Origin: a bacterium
Lineage (GTDB): Bacteria > Omnitrophota > Gorgyraeia > Zapsychrales > Zapsychraceae
Reading direction: 5' to 3'
Assembly: GCA_030429765.1 (NCBI GenBank)
Contig: JAUIER010000018.1
Location: 9,663-73,662 of the forward strand
Length of the DNA: 64,000 bases
How positions within the stretch are numbered: position 1 is the first letter of the stretch; each line of letters starts with the position of its first letter. Made by a program: the position numbers and the translations under genes. This document shows positions 58,855 to 64,000 of this stretch, piece by piece. Below the pieces are notes generated by a model. It saw only the letters and a program-made list of their open reading frames with translations. It made no database searches and was not told where the DNA came from.

Positions 58855-61800
58855 CTACTTAAATAAAACATCGAGAAATTCATCGACGACAATCTCCTCC
58901 AATGACTTGGGTTGCGCCTCGGGTTGACCAGATTGTTGCGCGGGCTGTTCACCCGGCACGGGTGGAGCTCCGCTCTGATCCAATTGCGCGTCCGGGACCG
59001 GCTTAGGCGCCTTATTCCCGATCGCCTTGTCCAGCAATTTGCGGATCTCTGTTTCACCGGCGCGCCGGATAATATCTTTGAAAATCTCTGTCACCTCGAT
59101 CACCAATGGCGGTCCTTTGAGTTTGACCGGCAGACTGATTTCGCCTTGATCATTGTAGAGACGATTGAAGCCTTCCAGAGCGCGGTTAAATGCCGTCGAG
59201 AGATCCGCTGGAATACGGAACTGACCGTCCGCTGAATACTTCATATCAAAGCCGGCCTGACACAGGCCGCTAAAAATAAAATCATCCGACTCAACCACTA
59301 ACGGATTGAGCGCCGCGGCGCCATTCTGGATCACCACATTCATCATCGCTTTGCGAATGTGGGTATCGGGATCTTCCAGCCGCGCCAGATGCTCGGGACT
59401 CAATTTTTTACGGACACGCCGCGCGGCATCCGGCACAAATGAAATACGGTTGAGCACTTCGTTGAGGAAATTGATATCACGGATGACCGCGTCATTGACG
59501 ACTATCTGTCCGTCACCGGTTATCGAATTTAAATCCTTGAGTGATCCGCGGGCCTTGATCTGACCGCTGACCAGCCCTTGAAACTCATTGGACACGTCGG
59601 TCTGATCGACGACTTCAACCAAATCCACATCCTTAATCGACAATTGCCCATCAATCTGCTGGGCGCCCATATAGTCCGTCATACTAAACTGATTGTCGAT
59701 CGTTCCACGGCCAATTTGCATTGTATTGGGCTTCACCTTCAAGTTGCGTTCACGAAGTTCAAACTCCAGATCAGTCCCGCTGACCGGTTGCGGAAACTGT
59801 TCGAGTTCCAGTTTCCATTGTCGCAACGATCCATCCGCCGTCACCGACTCCAATCCCTTCTCACCCAACTGGACTTCTTTTACGTCGAAGGCAAGTTGAC
59901 CGGCCAATGTCTTGGGCATCACCGTGTCCTTTAACGCCTCCATACTCGACTGGACTTTTTGGATGTCCAGCGCGGCTAGGTCAATCTCTAAACGCGAATC
60001 GGAAATTCGGGTTGTTTTGCTGCGTTGATCGACAAACATCGTCCCGCGGGTCTTGATATTGGAGGTGTCATTGAGATAGGCCAGGCTGATATCAAAACCA
60101 AACGGCTTATCAAATTGAATCTGCGAAATACGGGCCTCGATCTGACGCGCATCAAAGTCTATACCCGGAACGATCTCCTGAATCGCCATCGCGCCATCCT
60201 TGAGTTGAATATCAGCCAATACCGAATCCACTCCTTTGGATGTACTGGTTAATTCTTCGACAATGATCTCAACATCACCGCTCATACCATCGGGAAACAT
60301 CACGTCCTTTAAGGCATCAATCTTGGACTTGATCCGTGAAAACGGCATGTCCGTCAAATTGGTTTGAATGCGCACATCTTTAAGCTTCTGGACCTGTTGC
60401 CGCGGATCGATCAGCATCTGACCGGCCACGGTCACATTCGGCGTTGAACTTTCATATCCCAGCTGGGCCGTGATATCAAACAGATCACCAAATGTAAAGT
60501 CACGGATCTTAAGCTCAATGGCGTTGGCATCCAGTGATACGCCGTCCATGATATCGCGGGCGCTGATCATCCCGTTGATCAGACCGATGTCCGCCCGCAC
60601 GGATTCAACCCCCTTGGAGCCGCTGATCAGCTCCCGGATAAATATGTCGATGTTGCCCGCCAATTTCTGCGGCCAGCGAATTCCTTTGAGAATCCGGACC
60701 TTATCCTCGACGACAGCAAGAGGGATAGTCGACAGATCACTTTGAATATTCATATTTTGAATTCGCACGCCATTGGTTTCCGGCAGTAACTCGACCCGCC
60801 CTTCGATCTTGACGTTTTGAGTATCACTTTCGTAGCCGATCGCACTCTTAAAATCAAACGGATCCTTGAGACTCACCCCGCGGGCGGTCAGGTCCATTTG
60901 TTTGAGCTTAATCGAGACATCCTTGGTGACGTCAGGAAAATCAACGCCGACTTTTTTGAGGGTGACATCCGCCCGCACATCTTTCAAACCTGTTGCATCC
61001 AGTTTCAACTGACTCAGGTGAATATCGGCCTGCCCGCTGAGTTGTTCCGGGAGCGGGATATCTTTAAGCGCGGTTAGCTGCGATTGAATTTGCTGGAAGG
61101 AAATTTTGTTCAGGTCGGCTGAGATGTTGACATCACTCGACGATAAACTCGTTTGATCCGCGCCTAACGTAAACTGCCCCTGAATCTTCAGATTTGGCTC
61201 GCGGTTCTCATACCCCATGCTGCTCGTCATACTGAACGGTCCTTGAAATCCCAAATCACGAATCGCCGCATCAAGTTGATACACCGCGAACGACACGCCC
61301 GGCGCGATTTCTTTCATCACCACACGACCGTTATTGACATCACAGTTCAATTCGATCTGATCTAAATTGTTGATTCCCTGTTCGGAAACGGAAACGTTAT
61401 CCAATGTGACAACCCATTGTCCGCCAAGATCCGACGGAATCGGCAAATCCTTGGCCGCCGGCAGCAATTTGATAAGGGCCAACGGCAAGTGATCCGCATC
61501 AAGCTGAATCCTGACATCCGACAAATCGGCTGACGATTGGGCAACATTGAGTTTGACGCGTGAATCCCAGGACACATTGCGGGTCTGTGACAAAACGGCC
61601 GCATTCAAATGCACATCAAAGGCCTTATCCAACGCAAATCCCTGCACCATCAACACCACCTGATTGAGCCCCATCTTCACCGGATTCTTCTGGGTCAAAT
61701 CCAGATAACTGATCGTCGCATCCTCGACGCTGATTGTATCTATGGCAATGGCAGGCACCGCCGCGACACCGGTCGTTGCGGACGACGCCCCGGCCTTCGC

Positions 61801-62235
61801 GCTCTTTGACGTGTTCAGCGCGGGAACGGATTGCACATTGAATACGCCCTCACGATTTTTAACCAGGGATATCTGCGGCGAATGCAGGACCACGCGCGGG
61901 ATAACAATTGACCGCGACTGAACAAACGGCATGATCGCCACTTCGGCCTCAACGGATTTGACCTTAACCATCGTTTCCGATCCAAAGTCCGGATGCTCCT
62001 GGATTTCCAGATCCGCTATCTGAAGGCGCGCGCCTTCGCTCAGCGAGGCCCTCAGCGAAATATCCCCTAACGATACATCACGCCCCAATTGTTCGGTCAT
62101 TGCCTTGACAATTTGCGGCTTGTACTGATTGGCATCAAAATTTTTGAGCATCACATATCCGGCCACGGCGGCAATCACCACGAGCACCACAAGGACCACG
62201 ATTAAAATCGTCAAAAACTTAAACAATTTCTTCAT
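58855..62235 (-). CDS. AsmA-family protein with internal 126-aa repeats
   Basis: N-terminal TM, D.NQYKPQI.....LGRDV, G.FN; four gap-free 126-aa repeats. Confidence 0.88.
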   Translation of the reverse strand: MKKLFKFLTILIVVLVVLVVIAAVAGYVMLKNFDANQYKPQIVKAMTEQLGRDVSLGDISLRASLSEGARLQIADLEIQEHPDFGSETMVKVKSVEAEVAIMPFVQSRSIVIPRVVLHSPQISLVKNREGVFNVQSVPALNTSKSAKAGASSATTGVAAVPAIAIDTISVEDATISYLDLTQKNPVKMGLNQVVLMVQGFALDKAFDVHLNAAVLSQTRNVSWDSRVKLNVAQSSADLSDVRIQLDADHLPLALIKLLPAAKDLPIPSDLGGQWVVTLDNVSVSEQGINNLDQIELNCDVNNGRVVMKEIAPGVSFAVYQLDAAIRDLGFQGPFSMTSSMGYENREPNLKIQGQFTLGADQTSLSSSDVNISADLNKISFQQIQSQLTALKDIPLPEQLSGQADIHLSQLKLDATGLKDVRADVTLKKVGVDFPDVTKDVSIKLKQMDLTARGVSLKDPFDFKSAIGYESDTQNVKIEGRVELLPETNGVRIQNMNIQSDLSTIPLAVVEDKVRILKGIRWPQKLAGNIDIFIRELISGSKGVESVRADIGLINGMISARDIMDGVSLDANAIELKIRDFTFGDLFDITAQLGYESSTPNVTVAGQMLIDPRQQVQKLKDVRIQTNLTDMPFSRIKSKIDALKDVMFPDGMSGDVEIIVEELTSTSKGVDSVLADIQLKDGAMAIQEIVPGIDFDARQIEARISQIQFDKPFGFDISLAYLNDTSNIKTRGTMFVDQRSKTTRISDSRLEIDLAALDIQKVQSSMEALKDTVMPKTLAGQLAFDVKEVQLGEKGLESVTADGSLRQWKLELEQFPQPVSGTDLEFELRERNLKVKPNTMQIGRGTIDNQFSMTDYMGAQQIDGQLSIKDVDLVEVVDQTDVSNEFQGLVSGQIKARGSLKDLNSITGDGQIVVNDAVIRDINFLNEVLNRISFVPDAARRVRKKLSPEHLARLEDPDTHIRKAMMNVVIQNGAAALNPLVVESDDFIFSGLCQAGFDMKYSADGQFRIPADLSTAFNRALEGFNRLYNDQGEISLPVKLKGPPLVIEVTEIFKDIIRRAGETEIRKLLDKAIGNKAPKPVPDAQLDQSGAPPVPGEQPAQQSGQPEAQPKSLEEIVVDEFLDVLFK

Positions 62236-63004
62236 TCAGACTCCATGTTTGTTCCAGAGTATCTCTGAAAATCCGGTTTAACATTTCGGTGTCGCCCCGA
62301 ACCGCAGGCATTTCGGTCGATATGGATTCAAGCCGTTGCATCTGTTGATCGATGTATTGACTGATCACGGGAATCTTCGGCCCCGTCCCCATTTCACCAA
62401 CCGTTCGTTTCTGGGCAATTAAATCCTCGATCGCCCGATGCAGTGACGGCTGTTCGATCAGCCGATCGACCATATCCGTAAATCGCATCGGTACCGGCCC
62501 TAAATCGGCGAGGATCCATTCACAGGCCAATATCGGACGCAGCACATAAAAATATTTTTTTAGTTTTATTGTCTCGCCTTTACAGTGATCTTTATAGCTG
62601 CCTCGCGCCATATTCAGATAATGATGCATACACGCGCGGGCCGAAAAATATTGCGGCATTAGATCCCGTAAGGTCTGCGCCAAGACTCCCTGCTCTAGAT
62701 AACAAATCGGCGACTGTAACCATTCAACCATGGGCGGATTGGATTTACGATACAATTGCAGCGCCTTGGGCAAATCCCAGCCGCTCACGTCGAGCACCTC
62801 ATCAATCGGCCGCTCAATCACATCACGACCCGGATCAATACTCAGGTACCAGTCGCGCGGTCGGATATAGATGAACCGAACGTCATAATCACTGTCCGCG
62901 GATTCAAAGCCCCACGCGCGGGACCCCGATTCACAGGCATAGAGAATCTTGACGTGTTCCCGATCTTCAATATCTTTGAGTTCTTTCAGAATTTTGTCAT
63001 GCAT
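62219..63004 (-). CDS. Nucleotidyltransferase domain protein (YcgL/RlaP-like, pol-beta family)
   Basis: ESGSRAWGF.S.DSDYDVRF, KSNP..EWL.SP, KKYFYVLRP. Confidence 0.9.
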   Translation of the reverse strand: MHDKILKELKDIEDREHVKILYACESGSRAWGFESADSDYDVRFIYIRPRDWYLSIDPGRDVIERPIDEVLDVSGWDLPKALQLYRKSNPPMVEWLQSPICYLEQGVLAQTLRDLMPQYFSARACMHHYLNMARGSYKDHCKGETIKLKKYFYVLRPILACEWILADLGPVPMRFTDMVDRLIEQPSLHRAIEDLIAQKRTVGEMGTGPKIPVISQYIDQQMQRLESISTEMPAVRGDTEMLNRIFRDTLEQTWSLNEEIV

Positions 63005-63041
63005 GGTCAGAATTTTCGCCAAGGCTGAATAGTCACTGCCT

Positions 63042-63746
63042 TTATTTGGTTTTTTTCAAATGCCGTCGGGACTTCTCGATATAACCAAGGGCATCCGGTG
63101 TCTTACAACTGGTGTCGCCATGATCGACTTCGACCGGGCCGATCCGTCGTGCGACGGTTATCACCCGTTGGTGGACATCATCCCGATAAGTCCCCATGGC
63201 AATCAGGGCGGCATTCATCGCGCTGCGCGCCCGATTGGGACTTTGATGAATCTGCGCTTCGATCGTGGATAAATAAGTCAGGCATTGCCGTTTGGTTAAT
63301 CGCGGTGTTCCGTTTTTCAGAATTGTGGCCAATATATCATACCCGTTGTGACGGATGTACTCCCGACGTGAGCGCATCTCCTCCTCCATCAGGGCCACCG
63401 CAAAATCGCAACGCGCAAACAGTCCGCCGAGATAATTCGAGACCAGAAAAAAATCACATGGGCGGATCATCGCCTTGGCCGCGCGTTTAGTGACTTGAGC
63501 GGGATCGGCCACCATCGCCGCCAGGATCTGCGCGTCGCACACCGCGGTGTCCCACAGCTCCATCGCCAACTGATGCCGGCCGGCCGGATCCTTCTTATAT
63601 TCACGCATAATCCTCCGCTTGATCTTATCAAGCTGCCCAAAACTCACACCCAGATAGGACGGCGGCGCTCCATGACGACTCCACACCTTGCGATTCTGTG
63701 CTGTACCAAGCGTCTTGAGTTCCTGAAGAATTTGCTTAGCTGTCAC
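63042..63746 (-). CDS. DNA alkylation repair protein (AlkD-like)
   Basis: GV....L, LA.ELW, MN.ALI..G, IG.V.VDHG.T.CK.PDA. Confidence 0.85.
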   Translation of the reverse strand: MTAKQILQELKTLGTAQNRKVWSRHGAPPSYLGVSFGQLDKIKRRIMREYKKDPAGRHQLAMELWDTAVCDAQILAAMVADPAQVTKRAAKAMIRPCDFFLVSNYLGGLFARCDFAVALMEEEMRSRREYIRHNGYDILATILKNGTPRLTKRQCLTYLSTIEAQIHQSPNRARSAMNAALIAMGTYRDDVHQRVITVARRIGPVEVDHGDTSCKTPDALGYIEKSRRHLKKTK

Positions 63747-63748
63747 GA

Positions 63749-64000
63749 CTATGATCCAATCTTCCCGTAACGTTGACGGTCTGTAAAATACAACACGATC
63801 GTTCGGTCATTATATTTCACCGGATAGTAAAGTTCATAGAATCCATCATGCGCGCTGAACCAGGGATCAGCCTTCGTACCGGCGAATACCTCGTCCAAAT
63901 AAATACGTTCATCCTTGGAGGCTGTATAAATAAAATCGGCGCGATCAAGCTTATCCTGATAGTGATACTGCAAAAATTGCAGCGTCATCGGCTTACCCTG
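63749..64000 (-). CDS. Hypothetical protein, 5'-truncated by window edge
   Basis: Frame of ORF 63749-63988 stays open to the window end. Confidence 0.55.
   Translation of the reverse strand, partial: QGKPMTLQFLQYHYQDKLDRADFIYTASKDERIYLDEVFAGTKADPWFSAHDGFYELYYPVKYNDRTIVLYFTDRQRYGKIGS

Noticed and set aside
62219-63746. Nucleotidyltransferase plus AlkD-like gene as a defence or RNA-repair system
   Set aside because: Both are common stand-alone families, and no partner (second NTase, ligase, HEPN) is visible in the window.

Overview
A 64-kb bacterial chromosomal segment with about 80 tightly packed CDSs, all but five on the minus strand. I found no rRNA, tRNA, CRISPR array, integrase or transposase. 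PEP-CTERM proteins, a TIGR04073-like protein, an outer-membrane barrel and an AsmA-like protein indicate a diderm bacterium; PVC/Omnitrophota-like affinity is an inference only. Main blocks: (1) an NhaR-type LysR gene divergent from a frameshifted DUF1232 gene, DUF4914 (PEPCK-like), DUF547 and an APC-EIIA fusion; (2) a 13-gene lipid-modification/oxidative-stress run (9936-19471) behind a cysteine-less LOV-like PAS-LuxR regulator and a fasciclin gene; (3) a pirin/HxlR pair; (4) a visibly AT-rich mosaic of orphan genes (about 22.9-31 kb and 49.8-51.6 kb); (5) a YtrA-regulated double ABC operon with a consensus sigma70 promoter and operator; (6) an AsmA-like protein with gap-free 126-aa repeats. 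The most striking non-coding signal is two families of short, non-coding elements bounded by terminal inverted repeats (TIRs), with GGTGTCAGAACTCC arms or GGGGACAGACAC arms. They have conserved ends and divergent interiors and sit at gene junctions. Two supply the Lys-TAA stop of the upstream gene, one abuts the next ATG, two bracket a single gene, and one is a chimera of both families.
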